Assembly: GCA_013239625.1 (NCBI GenBank)
Contig: MU055744.1
Coordinates: 1,518,355 to 1,582,354 of the forward strand
Direction: 5' to 3'
From: Lama guanicoe
Taxonomy: Eukaryota
DNA: 64,000 bases
Made by a program: the position numbers and the translations under genes. Below, piece after piece: positions 11,441-24,165 of this stretch. Position 1 is the first letter of the stretch, and the number at the start of each line of letters is the position of its first letter. The notes under the pieces are model-generated. The model was not told where the DNA came from and made no database searches. It saw only the letters and a program-made list of their open reading frames with translations.

Positions 11441-14400
11441 CCACCTCGGTGGAGGCCCCTGACGGGGCTGGCACCGGCCCAGGCTCCAGCAGGGAGGCCA
11501 GCCAGGAGCAGGGCAGGGTGAACTGTCGGTGCTGCAGCGTTGTCGCAGCCGCGGTTACTGCCCTCGACGCACTCCCTAAGGGTGGGCCTGGGGGTCTCCC
11601 CGACCCAGGAAACGATGCTGCTCTGTTGGCCTTTTGACACCAGGAGCCCCTCACAGATGGAGGAGCCCTTGAAAGTTGGGGTCAGCACCAGCATGTAACA
11701 GACAGCAGACGTGTCGAAAGAACTGGCAGGCGGCGGCCGGGCAGGCGGCGGCCAGATGCCGGCTCGGCAGCAGGGTGGTGGGAGCCTGCTGGGTACATGG
11801 GAGGGGCTGACCCACCTGGATGCCGGAGCGATGGGCAGGGGAGCACTCGTCACTCATCCCGTCCAACTGGGCAGTGGTTGGCCCTCTGGGAACACAGGAC
11901 CCCCGGCAGGCAGGCCCACCCACCATGGACCCACGGTCACAGCCGACCCTGAAAGCCTGCTCTCCCGTGCTCGGGTTGCTGTGTGGCCCAGGGGTTGGGA
12001 GCCCAGCCTGCACTGGCGCATGGGCCTGGAATCACCTGGGTCTGGCATGTCCCTGCCAAGCCTCTGAGCCTCTGTTTGCCCCCTGGTCTGGCTGATTCAG
12101 GATTTTACTAAATGGCATCGGGGTGTGTGGAGCTGCAGGCAGAGCCGCGGTGCTGGGCAGAGGCCTGGAGTCGGGTCCCCACTGCCTGCCTTCCTCCCGC
12201 CCGCCAGACCTGGCCGCCCTCCCTCGCCCTGCCTGTTCCCCGCCTGTGCTGGGAGCGCCTGTGCAGGTGAAGTGAGACACAGGGAGGGTGCTGGCCTCCC
12301 GGTCGTGCGTGGTACGTGCTTAACAAACGGTGCCCCGAAGGTCCCAGCAAACCCAGCCTGGAGCCCCTCCTGTGGGCCTGCCAGGCCCCGAGCTGGTACC
12401 GGGGGCTGCGCCCAGTTCCTGAAATCGGACGTTGAAGAGAAAAAGGGAAAAGCGTTAAGGGGTTTTGCAAACCCAGCTCCTGCCCCCGTGATTTTAAGGG
12501 AGAGAAGCCATAGCGTCCGCAGCCGAGCTGGGGCTCCCCCGGCGTCTTAGCCCCACCCTCCCGTCCTGCTCCCTGACTCGCTGCTTGTGGGTTGGTTGGA
12601 CCACTGCAGCCCCAGAAAGTTCCCGAATGGTGCACCCCATCTGCCTTTCCCCTGCCTGGGACCCCACCCACGCTGGCCAGGCCCCAGCACTGGGGCCGCG
12701 GAGGCAGGACCTCGTCCCTCCCCTTCCCGCGTCCAGGGCCCCTTCAGCGCGGGCTTGCCAAAGGGACCCCAGCTCAGCTCAGATGGGCCTTATTTTGGAG
12801 CCGCCAGTGTCCTTGTGCTGTACGGATCCCTGGTGGCCGGAGGACCGCAGACATGGCGCCGGGTTCCTGCCTTCAGGGGGCTTACAGTCTGATGGCGAGG
12901 AGGCTCGCGCACCCCTGACCCCAGCAGCGGTAGGCAAGCTGGGCTGGGGCAGGAGGAGGGAAAAAAGACACTGACTTTAGATGGCGCACCCAACTTCACC
13001 CCCTGCTCCACTAACCGTGGGACTGGTGTCTGCTCTGGCTGTTTCCTGGTCGGTAAAGTGGAGTCATGCTCACGCTGTCAGACTCCACCAGGGGTTACAG
13101 ATGCTGTGAAGGGTGCTGTGCCCTGCCTGGCACAGAGGAGGTGCTCGGGCAGGACGACGTGCTTACTGCTGTCATGAGGCACTGGGGGGCCACCCAGGCT
13201 GCTGGAGGGAGGCAGTGACCTGTCCAGACCTAGGCTCAAGGAGCCCCAGTGGGGCAGGAGGGCAGGGCCGGAACCCCAGGCCCTGGGGGCGCCCAGCAGC
13301 CCCTGCGCTGAAGGGCAGGTTTCCCTGCTGTGTGGGGGTCACCGGCGTCAGCAGTTGGAGGGCTTTCCGGGGAGACGGATGTGAACTGTGAGCTTCTCCG
13401 GAGCCACGCCCACGATTTCAGACCCCAAGGAGACGGAACAGGAGAGGCCTGGGGGCTGCTGGGGCCCCGGGGCCGGACCTTGCTGAGCTCACCGTCCAGA
13501 GCTGGGTGGCTCGGCCTCCTCCCATCACCACCTTGGGGCCCAGGGAGGCAGTTCAGGGTTGCTGGCCTCTTCCCAGCCCTTGCTTGGTGGCGGATGTTGG
13601 GGTGACCCTGGACAAGGCTCCTTCTCTGGGGGGCACAGCCAGGGGGCAGCGGCGTACTCAAAGCCCTCTGTACCACCAGACCTGGCCCCACAGAGCTGGC
13701 AGGTCCAGCCTTGTTTGACCTCAGTGCACCCCGAGTTTCCACTCCTCTGAGCGAGTGGGACAGTGAACAGCGGGAGGGGCTCCAGCACAGACCGCAGTGG
13801 CTACAACTTTAATTTCATTTACCTTTGGAGCGAGTTCTGAAGGCCAGCCTCACAAGCGACCCCTGGGCTGGGCCTTGCCCTCAGATAACCCAGGCCCCCG
13901 GGCGCCGCTCGCTGCTCCAGGCGACCAGGGGACCAAGGCAGCATCAGCACAACTCCCTGATGGAGGCCAAGAGGGGCGCCTCCTGCTGCTCCCTGCACCA
14001 CCTGAGGTTCCCGAGTTTGGGGACGGTGACTGCTTGGGGACCCTGCCAACTGGGGGCCCCCTCTCTCTCCAGGCAGTGGAGAAGCTGAGCCCACTGGCCA
14101 GCCCAGATGGGGCAAACCCCTGCTCCCTCCAGTTTCCTGGCCACGGCCCAGGGCCTCCCAGTCACCAGGCCCTGAGGTCTGCCTGGATCCTCTCCTCCCA
14201 GGCCACAGAGCCTTGGCGTCCCTTCCTCAGCTTCAGTGCATCCACAGTGGGCCGGGCAAGGCCGCAAAGCCAGGGTGTCCAGCCGACTGGGTTTTCCGCT
14301 TGCTTGGTGGGTTGACCCAGTCCTCCAGCCTCAGTTTACCCCTAGAAAGCGTGAGTTGGGTAATCATGCTGAGAGATGCATCCGAGCCCTGTTTTCACAA

Positions 14401-14922
14401 AGCCTGGGAGTGTGAGCGTGTCCTGGGGGGAGTCCTGGGGTGAGATGAGATCAACACAGCAGGTCCTCCCTGTGCTGAGGTCCTGTGGCCAGTGTGGTTC
14501 TCATTAGCCCTGACTGTGCTGAACTGAGGCCCAGAGCCCGCATCACACCCCCAGCCCCCCTCCCCACCCCACTCCATAGCTCTGCTCCAGCCCAGCTAGC
14601 TGGGAGAGGACCCCCCACAGGCCATTCGTCCACGGGCAGCGCCCTCTCTGTGCGTGCAGCTGGGCGGCGGGAGCAGAGCCGTGAGCCACAGGCAGGGCCC
14701 TGCTCTCCCACTGCTGACCCCGAGGGGCCTTCAGCGGGGATATGGGGAGAGCTTCTGGGAGTCTGTGAACCCCAGAAACAGCTGGCAAAATGGCACGGCC
14801 CCTGTGGTCATGCTAGGGTCCCTCAAGGAGCCCAGGCCACAAAGCTGGCCAGCCCAGGACGTCCACAGCGTTTCCTGAGCACCAGTGCCCCAGCCCCGCC
14901 CACCCCGGCAGCACCCAGCCCT

Positions 14923-14986
14923 CTACCGCGGGCGTTGTCCGGCCTCGGCCCTGACTACCGCGGGCGTTGTCCGGCCTGGGCACTGG
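14923..14986. repeat. 32-bp tandem duplication (ctaccgcgggcgttgtccggcct...)
   Basis: Copies at 14923 and 14955, 29/32 identical. Confidence 0.9.
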
Positions 14987-17900
14987 AGCTCAAGGTGGGT
15001 GCAGGCCCGGCTCACGGGGTCCGAGTGCTCCAGGGCTGAGCTGAGCTGGGTGGGGGTGGAGCTTGGGGGAGGCACAGTCCAGGTGCCTTTGGGAACTGCC
15101 TCTCCAGGCCCCAGGTCCCCGCCGCCACCACCCCACCCCCAGCCAGGCTCTGGACAATATCTCGGAGACCAGCCGCAGCGCTGCTGAGCAGCTCCCCGTC
15201 TGTTTGTTACCAAACTCAGGAATCTGGGAGCCTGCGGAGCGTGAAATTAGGACCAAATGTGGAGGAGGTCTAGACAGGAACTCCGGGCCGCTCCCGCTCG
15301 AGGGCGACGGGGCCCTTGGGCTCCCAGGTAGCAGGAGCTCTCTGGTAACCAGACAGATGTTTGTGGAGGAAAAGCGTCTGGCTCTCCGTAAGCCCTTGAC
15401 GAGACACCAGGGTGGGGACGGGCCTGGCGGGGAGGCAGCAAACCTGGGCCCCAGCCCTGCTCTGCCCTCTCCTCCCCCAGCCTCAGTTTCTCCACCTGGA
15501 AAACCACCTCCATCGTCACCTAGTGGGAAGGGTGCTTGTGAAGCAAGGAGAGCCCGGGGCCCCACTCAGGCCTGGGGGTCTGTATGTGTTCTGGGTTCTG
15601 GTGTCTGGTGGATCTAGAAGTCACCGGACTGGGTGAGCTGGAGGCCCAGCCAGCGCAGAGGGTGCAGGGCTGGGCTTCTCCTTGGCTCCTGAAAGGAGCA
15701 CCGGGCGTCTCAGGTGAGCACTGCGGACAGGAGCCTCATGCAGCATCACCATGCGCCCTGCACCAGGAGAGCCCGGGGGTGGGGGCACAAGGTGAACAGA
15801 CCGAGGAGGCTCCATCCTCCGTCTTCAAGGCAGGGAGGGGTGGGGTGGAGCGGGGGAAGCAGGGGAAGCAGGGGAGTCTGAGCCTAGGTGCAGGACATGC
15901 GGTCCACATGGCAGCCGTGCTGGGGTCGTCCGCCAGGGGAGGGGCTCCGCTGGAGCAGGCAGGTGGAGGGCCGGCGTCTGGCTCTGCTGCCAGGTGTTTC
16001 CTGCTCCCCGACCCAGACCCACCCCACTCGGTCTTCACGCTGTGGAGGCGGGGGGACAACTGGAGCTCGAAGCGGCGGCTCCCCCGGAGATGCAGCGCCA
16101 TCAGAAGGGGGCTATTGCCTGCCCAGCCCCTCTCTGCAGACTCTGGGGTGGGGGTGCACAGAGGGGCCCCACCTCACAGCCTGTCTCTGTAAAACCCGGG
16201 GGTGGGACAGGGAAGCAGAGCCGTTTATAAAGCTTTAAAACCGTTTATGGTCCCGGGGGGCAGATTAACAATTCCGCGCAATCCCGGCCAAATGGTCTTG
16301 GCTGGCAGCGCGGGGACTTCAGGGAGAGCTGGAGGAGGGGCCGCGGCAGGCGGCCTCCCCTAGGCTGCCCCTGGGCCTGCTGGCACTGCTCTGGCTCCTT
16401 GCCTTTGCCTGTGCTATCCCTCTGCCCACAGCCCTCTCCTCCCTCTCACAGCCCAGCCCAGCCCATCAGATGGCCATCCTGCCAGGACGGCTCGGAAGCT
16501 TCCTCCTCCAGGAAGCCCCCCGTGGTTCCCTCAATGCCATACCACCCGCCCAAACCCCAAAGCCCTCCATGGTCTCCAGGGCACTCAGCGCAGCCATTCC
16601 CAGGACACACGTGTCCAGGGGACGCTTGGTCAGACGGGTTTCCTGCTGAGCTCCCAGGCAAATCGAAGTGTCAGCGGCCCTCCCCCATCTCTGCCCCCTC
16701 TGGGGGAAGCCATCCTGGTCCAGCGCTCGGACCAGCAGCTGGCCTTTTTCACGTTCATGATTCTGAGACTCTGTCATGCCTCTCAGTCATCCAGACCCCA
16801 AACAGGCAGGGCTGGTTAAAGACAACAAACCAAGACCCTTCAAGTCCAGAGCTGGCAGGAACTGGCTTTCTAAGTCGTCCCATGCCCAGATTACAGATAG
16901 AGAAATTGAGGCCCAGACAGTGGCCCACGCCCAGGCTTACCAGCGGGTGAATGGCAGGACACTGTCCCACCAGCCTGCCTCCTGGGCAGCACAAGGGCCC
17001 CTCACGCTGGTCACCTCGGGCACAGGGAAGAGGTCTGGAAGGTGACAGCTCAGCGAGCGCAGCAAGCTGTGGGACCTGGGGAAAGGGATCTCTGGCTACT
17101 GTTCTTCCACTAACTTGCTGAGTGAGGTTACGAATGTTCCCCCGCCTCCGCCCCACTCCCCACCCCTGTGCTGGCCTCAGCCTTCCCCGACCCCACCCAC
17201 CAAACAGAGGGGTGGGTCATAGTCCTTCCCAGCCCTGGCACTGCAAGCTCCTGTGAGGTGCATTAAAGAAAGTCCAGGAAGGCTTCTTGGAAGAGAAGGC
17301 GTGTTCTAGGCACTGACGGCAGGGTAAGCCCTGGAGAGGCAGAGGGAAGGGGATCCCGGGGGTGGCTGGGGGGCAGGGGTGAGGGAGGCCATGGCACTTT
17401 CAGGGGCTGTTCAGAGTTAACCAAGGACTGCTGTCAGGCTAGGGCACAAGCAAGCCACCCACGGTGTGCGCGTCTGCTGGCCGGGGCTGGCCCCGGGACC
17501 CATGCCCGGCGCGGGCGTCACTGCCCCTCGGCACACATCTATCTGCAGAGCGCGGCTGAGACGCTCCAGCTGGATAGGGCACGGGCGTCAGAGCCGTGGC
17601 TGCTGACAGCCCTGGGCGCCTGGCCTGTGCCGGCACCCTTCCCATCACGCCTCCAGGCCGCCTGCGCTGGAGGGCCCCCACCCAGAGCCCGCAGAGCACG
17701 GGGCCATCTGTGCCTCAGACTGAGAGGCAGGCTCTGTGGCCTCGCCCTCGGGGCCTGATGAAGGGTTTAGCCCCCGAGGGAAACAATAGAAATCCGAGCG
17801 CAGCACACCTGCCGCCTGGTGGAGCCTCAGTGTTCCCCCACTTCACAGAGGAGGGAGCTGAGGCACAGAGAAATGGGGGTGTCTGAAGCCCTGTTCTTGC

Positions 17901-18939
17901 GATCAACCAAGGGCAGAGCTACGCTGGCTTTCAGGGGTCCAGCCGGGATGCTGGGGGCGGGGGGCCCTGGGCTTCATCCCAGCACTACCTCCTTGACCGT
18001 TCTTGAGCTCGGTGAGCTCCCTCATCGATGAAGGAGGACCACAGTGATCTTTTTTGGATGCACGTAGCAGAAGCGCACACAGGGGGTTGTATCTGCTGAA
18101 AGAGGCACTGTGGATCTCGACGGGGGAATTGGGACCCCAGCCTGGCTTTCTCTCGGTGCCTGTGTCCTTCCTCTCTTCCCGCCCTGGACGGGCTCCTCAC
18201 ACAGGGATATGTCTGTCCCCAAGGTCAAGGGAACAACAGGGACTGGCCAGTGTCCAGGTCCCAGGCACACTTCCTGGGAGAGGGGAGGGCCAGTCCAGCT
18301 GGAGGCCTGTCCACCCTGAGCCCAGCAGGCTGTGGTTGGGGGCGGGGAGGTAGTGGTGCTGAAGGGGGCTCTGGGCCAGCGGCTCAGGGGGCAGGGCACC
18401 GAGAGGGGGGCCGGCCTGGGTAGGCACCCCAAACCTGTCGTTGCGTGGCTGTGCCTGCTGCCGTGCCGTGCGTCCACAAAGACGCTGTGGGAGACTGGAC
18501 CTCGCACCCTGGGGGCGTGGGGCCCCGCCTCGGGGTTGCTGACACCCCAGGAGGCCTATGACGGCCACAGCAGACCTGGCTCCTGCCGACCCCGGAGCTG
18601 CCATGCTGGGATGTGGGAAGTACCCTCCCCTAGCCTCAGCTGGCTCACCTTTCAAGGTGAGGGCCATGCCCCATGGGGCTAGTGTGGGATCTGAGGGGGC
18701 CTAACTGACAAGTTTGCTGGACGGGACGGTGGGGCCGCTGAAAGCCTCTGGGCCCGGGGGGCCCCGGAGCCCCTGGGCGGGCAGTGAGCTGCACGTGACT
18801 TTTGGCTGCGATGGGCCCATTAGCTGGAATGGCACACGTGGACCAGTGGCCCTGATGGGGAGCCGGGCTTCAGCTGGGTAACGGGGAGTGACTCCGTTCT
18901 CCTCTGAGCTTCAGTCTCCTCCCCAGCAAATTTCTGGTC

Positions 18940-19304
18940 CCAGCGCCGGCCCCGCCCTCCCACGGCCACTGGGAAGACGAGGGGAGGCTGCAGGGCTCCG
19001 CTCTGCTGCCCGCGCTCTGGCTGCGCCGGGTCGGGCAGAGACGAGCTGCAGCACCCCTGCGCCTGGGGCGGGGGGCGCGCAGGGGGAGCCGGGCCGCTCT
19101 CCGCCGGCAGCTGCTGGCTTTGCTTTTGTCTCACCTCAGCGAAGAGCGTGAAATGCAACTGGACAGCAGGCCTGGCCCCTGCCCAGCGTCCCCCGCCGGC
19201 CGCCTCCCCTGCACCCCCAGCTCCCTGGAACCGGCCCTGATCTCCCTACCCCCTCGCAGGGCGGGCGGGCCAGCTGGCCCCAGCCACCCTGGGGGCCGAG
19301 GAAG
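18940..19304 (+). promoter_or_regulatory. FAM163B: CpG-rich candidate proximal promoter and alternative first exon of FAM163B
   Basis: CpG-dense block with GC boxes, ending at a plausible donor AAG|GTGGGA (19304/19305), 3.6 kb upstream of the first coding exon. Confidence 0.45.
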
Positions 19305-20356
19305 GTGGGAGCTGCCCGGCAGGGCGCCCAGGAATGCAGGGGTCCCTGGGGCTCCTGCGCGTCTGTGTGGCCTGCGCTGTGTCCTCCTGACCGGACCCTG
19401 CTGGTCCAGCTGTCTGGAGCTGCCTGTCTGCACCTCCGTCTGTCTGAGTCTGGAGCTGTCTGTGAGTCTGTCTCATCGTCTCGTCGCTTTGGGCCTGTCT
19501 GGATCTACCTTTCTGTCCCTCTGTCTGTCTGCTCCGGATCTGGGTCCCCACCCCCGCTTTGCCTCTGCCCCACAGCACTGCCTGGGCCAGACCCTCTTGT
19601 CAGCACCCGTCCGTGTCCTCCTCCATCTGCAGACCGGCGTCCCCGGTGTCCCTCTGCGGCCACGCTCTCTCCCAGGCCGCTTGACCCCACAGAGGAGCCT
19701 GTGGGGACCCAGTGAGCCTCCAAGCTCACCATGCGGGGCTCAGCTCCCTCACTCCCGCCCTCCGACCGCCCAGACCCTGAGTCTCCACACAAAAGCCCCG
19801 TCTGTCAGTTATTCCCACACATTCCTGGAAGAGGAAAACTCGGCCCAAATTCCAGCAAGTCTTTGGCAAGGTTTATCAAAACCTTTAGAAACGTGCACAC
19901 CACAAAGCCCTTCGCTGCATATTCCTGCAACCGCAAGAAGTGGGAAGTGATGCTGACACCGGCCCGCGGGTCCCCGCGCCCGGCGTGAGGGGGGCCGGCC
20001 AGCGCCGGGGCCACCGCGCCTCGAGGGACACGTGGGCTGCCTGGGGCTGGACGCCTCAGGGGAAAGGGAAGGTGTAGACAGCATGACACTCTAAATGCAC
20101 GTTTGCCTACATTTTTAGGAAGCAGCAGGGGAAGGATGACCCAGAACTAGGTGACACCGCTCTCTCCGGGCGGCGCGGCGGGGAGGCAGACATGGGAGCG
20201 AGGCCTCTCCGTGGGCACCTGGCTTTACGCCTTTGACTTTGGAACCAAATGTTTTCTACGGTTAAAAAGCAAAGTTGAATCAGTTTTTTTAAAAAGAAAG
20301 TAAAATTTTAAAATAATTTAGAAAATAAAATAACCAAAAATAAAAAGAATACCGTT

Positions 20357-20462
20357 TGTTAGAAGAAGGGCACCGACAGACTTGCTCAACTAACCTTCAA
20401 TTTGTAAAAACATTGTGTCTCTGAAGCACAGTGAAGTGAGTGCAATCAAACAAGTTACGCAC
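20357..20462 (-). mobile_element. Tigger1 DNA transposon terminal fragment
   Basis: gacttgctc...aaccttcaatttgtaaaaac...tctctgaagcacagtgaagtgagtgcaatcaaacaagttacgc matches the reverse complement of the recalled Tigger1 5' end. Confidence 0.75.
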
Positions 20463-20469
20463 ATAATAA

Positions 20470-22100
20470 TCACGTGTGTTACAATGAAGAGCATAACGGT
20501 GCCCAAAAGGGAAAGTAAAAGCCAACTGGAGTAAACGAATCTGAGCGCCCAGGCGGTGGAAGGGAACGGCGCCAAGAATTATTTCAGGTGGCTTTGAAAC
20601 CGGCTTTTTACTAGATGTCCCTAAGGCGATGAGAAAGAAAGAGTAACAGATCCGCACCTAATTCCACTCCGTAAACGCCCAGCAAGGACGGTGGTTACAC
20701 ACAGTGGGGAGAGCAAACAGGTAATGAAGTGTATGTCATTAGGAAACAAAATTTTCCCTGCGGAAGTCACAGAGACCTCACATTTTAACAAGTAAAAACC
20801 CTTTCATCTCGAATTTTAAGTGGAAATATCAGTATGACCTCATGTCCATTGTTCTCTTCCTTAAAAAAAAAATTTAAGTCTTTCTTAGCTCTGGTCACTG
20901 AAAATGCCTGGAACCAATGGAAACCCGAGAGCAGCCAGCACCCCTGGTGCCCAGACAGTGTCCTCCACAACTCACTTCCCACCAGGAGAGCGGGGGGCCC
21001 AGGGGGACGGCAGGTCCCAGGACTGCAGCCAGGTGAGCTGGGATAGCTTGTGCCTGAAAGCAACACGTGTCAAGGATTGCTGGGGTCCCATCAAAATGAT
21101 GCGCAAGTCGGCTTAGAGGGACCTGCCACCCTGCGTTCCCAGCGGGATCACTTGCGAACATCAAAAAGAGTAATGACGGTGGTGGACCGAGACACGCCAG
21201 GTACGTGGAAACCAGTGAGGGCACGGTGCTGTTGTAAAACAGCCACAGACCTCGGGAGGTGCCAGCTGGTTCTGAGAACTGACAACACTGAGAGCTGAGC
21301 ATCTGTGCCCCTCTGCTGCGACTGCCTGTTGCTGTCCCCACAGAGGTGACAGGGAAAGTTCTCTGGAGAAGAACCGAGCTCATCCATGCAGGAGAAATGA
21401 CTGCATTTGAAAAGTCACCATTTGTGACCCGTAATGAAATAGCAGATCTAGGCAAAGACTCCCGCTGGCTGCTGGAAGGGCAAGGTGGGGGCCGACGGGG
21501 GACTCCACGTGGGAGAGTGGGGCTGCCGGCCGCTGAGCCCCTGGTTAATGTCAACATCAGGGCCAGAGGGACGGCCGTCTTGGGGCCCTGAGAGTGATGT
21601 GAGAGGAAGGCAGGGTCGACGACAAAACCATGACAGAGGAGGACGTGAAATGCTGCCAGAGGTGCAGCCAGTTCGAGTTTGCGGAGAATTCTGTAAAGTA
21701 AATGACCCAGCTTCTTCTGTAAACAACATGGGGCGGGGAAGTGGGGCGCACGAGGGAAACTGAACTCTTCTGCAGGCAAAGGCGCTGAACACAGCTGGAT
21801 GCTGATTCGAACAAATCAGCTGTAAAAAGACATTTTGGAGATGATTGATGGGGTTTTTTTTTAAAGGTCTTCACCTGTCAGATTTTGCACTGAAATATTT
21901 ATGAGTAAAATGATGTGCCTTGGGGTTTCCTTTCAGGAACTCAATCGCCCCCACCATGCTATTCCCCTGCAAAAAAAAAAAAATGGGGGGAAGGGGAGAT
22001 TGGGGAAAGGTGTGCTGGAACCAGCAAGCACGTGTGAGCGGTGGTCATGAACCATCCAGGTATCCACCAAGCCAGTCATTGAACCTTGGCAGCTTGAAAT
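20470..22100 (+). mobile_element. Ancient L1 3' region, L1MC4-like
   Basis: Diagnostic segments gtggaaatatcagtatga, cagcacccctggtgcccagac and actgaaatatttatgagtaaaatgat; AT-richer than the flanks. Confidence 0.7.
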
Positions 22101-22454
22101 GGGCCACAGTGAAGTATTTCCACTGCGAACACCAGCAGATGCTACAAGCCAGGGTGCTTTTATTCTAAGAACTGTTACATCGGCACCCGGACAGGCGGAT
22201 GGAAATCTCACAAGAGCACCGCCGGCGACAGCAGGGTTCACTTTCTCTACCTCATGTCTGTTCAGCATTTTCCACAGAAGTTTACGAAGGGCACATCCTT
22301 AGGCCTAGAAATCCCGCTTCTCAGAATCGATCCGGGAAACGTCATTGAAGTCGGCCCTGCAACCCAAGTGGATCCAGTGTTGAGCTACAAAAGCATTTAT
22401 TACAATGTTGGCTTAAGTTTTTTTTTTTCATGTAAACAGCCTATCAAAAAGAAG

Positions 22455-22605
22455 TTGGTTTTCAGTCTTGAGTGATGAAACAGTTCTGGAAATCGGTTGC
22501 AAACAATGTGGATACACTTAACACCACTGAATCATACACTTAAAAAATGGTGAAGGTGGCAAACGTCATGTGGTGTGTCTTTTACTGGCAATTTAACATT
22601 TTGAG
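22455..22605 (+). mobile_element. L1MB/L1MA-like 3' end nested in older L1 fragments (22110-22760)
   Basis: gatgaaacagttctgga...ggttgcaaacaatgtggatacacttaacaccactgaatcatacacttaaaaaatggt is the standard L1M 3' terminus. Confidence 0.8.
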
Positions 22606-22957
22606 AGAAAAGGGATCGGTTATGTTATAAAATGGAAGGTGGTTTGAAATTATGTTGCAGAAGAAAATTTAACGATAAGGATAAATAAGGACCATCTTGT
22701 TAGGCGGAAAAGCAGGTTGCAAACCCGTAGGTTCAGCCTGGCGGCACCTGGGTGAATTTTACAGAGCGTGAGCTCGCCGAACCAGCTGGGGGTCTCCTGC
22801 CCACCCTCAGGCCCAGCCCCTGCCTCCCACACGCGTGCCCTGGGGTATTTTGTTTTCCCTTTTGGGGTGTTCCTTCGACTTCCTAAACGAGAGCAGCTTC
22901 TCTCTGGGCTGAGATAATGATGCCGTGAGGCCGGTGGTGTGTGTTGCAGGCTGTTGA

Positions 22958-23359
<402 letters not shown>

Positions 23360-23763
23360 TAGGGCTGTCCTAGGCCCCCATGTCTTCCTGACAGAGAAGG
23401 GGAAGCCGCATGGGCAGGGCAAGGCAGCCCAGCCCGGGGCCCGTGAACCAGGCGGTGGCCAGACTGCCTGGGCTGGCATCCCAGCTCTGCCGCTTCCAGG
23501 CTGCCTGAGCCCCGAGCCTCAGTTTCCTGGCCTGCAAAATGGAGCTGTTAGTCGCACCTGCTTCCAGGAGCTGTGGGATGAAATGAGAGAATCCCTCATC
23601 TAGGGACCCCAGGAATCCGGGGTGCCCAGCCTGAGCAAGCTCCAGGACGGGGTGGTTAGAAGGACACGGGGTCCGAGCTGGGTGCGCCGGGCCCCCTCTG
23701 GGTGCCGCGCGCGGTGAGGGTGAGTGGGTGGGGAGCTGGGGATCACCGGCCCTCTGCCCGCAG

Positions 23764-24165
23764 TACTACTGCTGCAAGAAGGACGAGTCGGAGGAGGACG
23801 AGGAGGAGCCGGACTTNNNNNNNNNNNNNNNNNNNNNNNNNNNNNNNNNNNNNNNNNNNNNNNNNNNNNNNNNNNNNNNNNNNNNNNNNNNNNNNNNNNN
23901 NNNNNNNNNNNNNNNNNNNNNNNNNNNNNNNNNNNNNNNNNNNNNNNNNNNNNNNNNNNNNNNNNNNNNNNNCTTCCTCCTGCAGGAGCCTGAGGACGAG
24001 GGCGTGCGCAACGGCGGGGAGCGCGTCGCCTACCGGAGCCTCAGCCAGGAGGACGTGGAGCTGCAGCCCGGGAGCTTCGGGGCCCTGCAGGCCCTCAACC
24101 CCAACCGCCTCTCGGCCATGCGGGAGGCCTTCTCCCGGAGCCGTAGCATCAGCACCGACGTCTGA
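23764..24165 (+). CDS. FAM163B: FAM163B last exon coding part (YYCCKKDESEEDEEEPD...[gap]...LSAMREAFSRSRSISTDV*); about 164 aa in total
   Basis: Acceptor cgcag|TAC; C-terminal ISTDV typical of FAM163; frame preserved across the 156 N. Confidence 0.94.
   Translation, partial: YYCCKKDESEEDEEEPDXXXXXXXXXXXXXXXXXXXXXXXXXXXXXXXXXXXXXXXXXXXXXXXXXXXXXFLLQEPEDEGVRNGGERVAYRSLSQEDVELQPGSFGALQALNPNRLSAMREAFSRSRSISTDV
23817..23972. other. Assembly gap (156 N) inside the FAM163B CDS
   Basis: Run of N seen directly. Confidence 0.99.

Noticed and set aside
17809-17823. CTCF-like CCACCAGGCGGCAG (others near 45402 and 52660)
   Set aside because: Imperfect matches are expected by chance at this GC content; unsupported without ChIP data.
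1-18900. Additional protein-coding gene (e.g. DBH) or RNA gene in the first 19 kb
   Set aside because: No recognisable peptides, exon chains, tRNA/rRNA or snRNA motifs; best read as FAM163B upstream or intronic DNA, with its distal first exon possibly outside the window.
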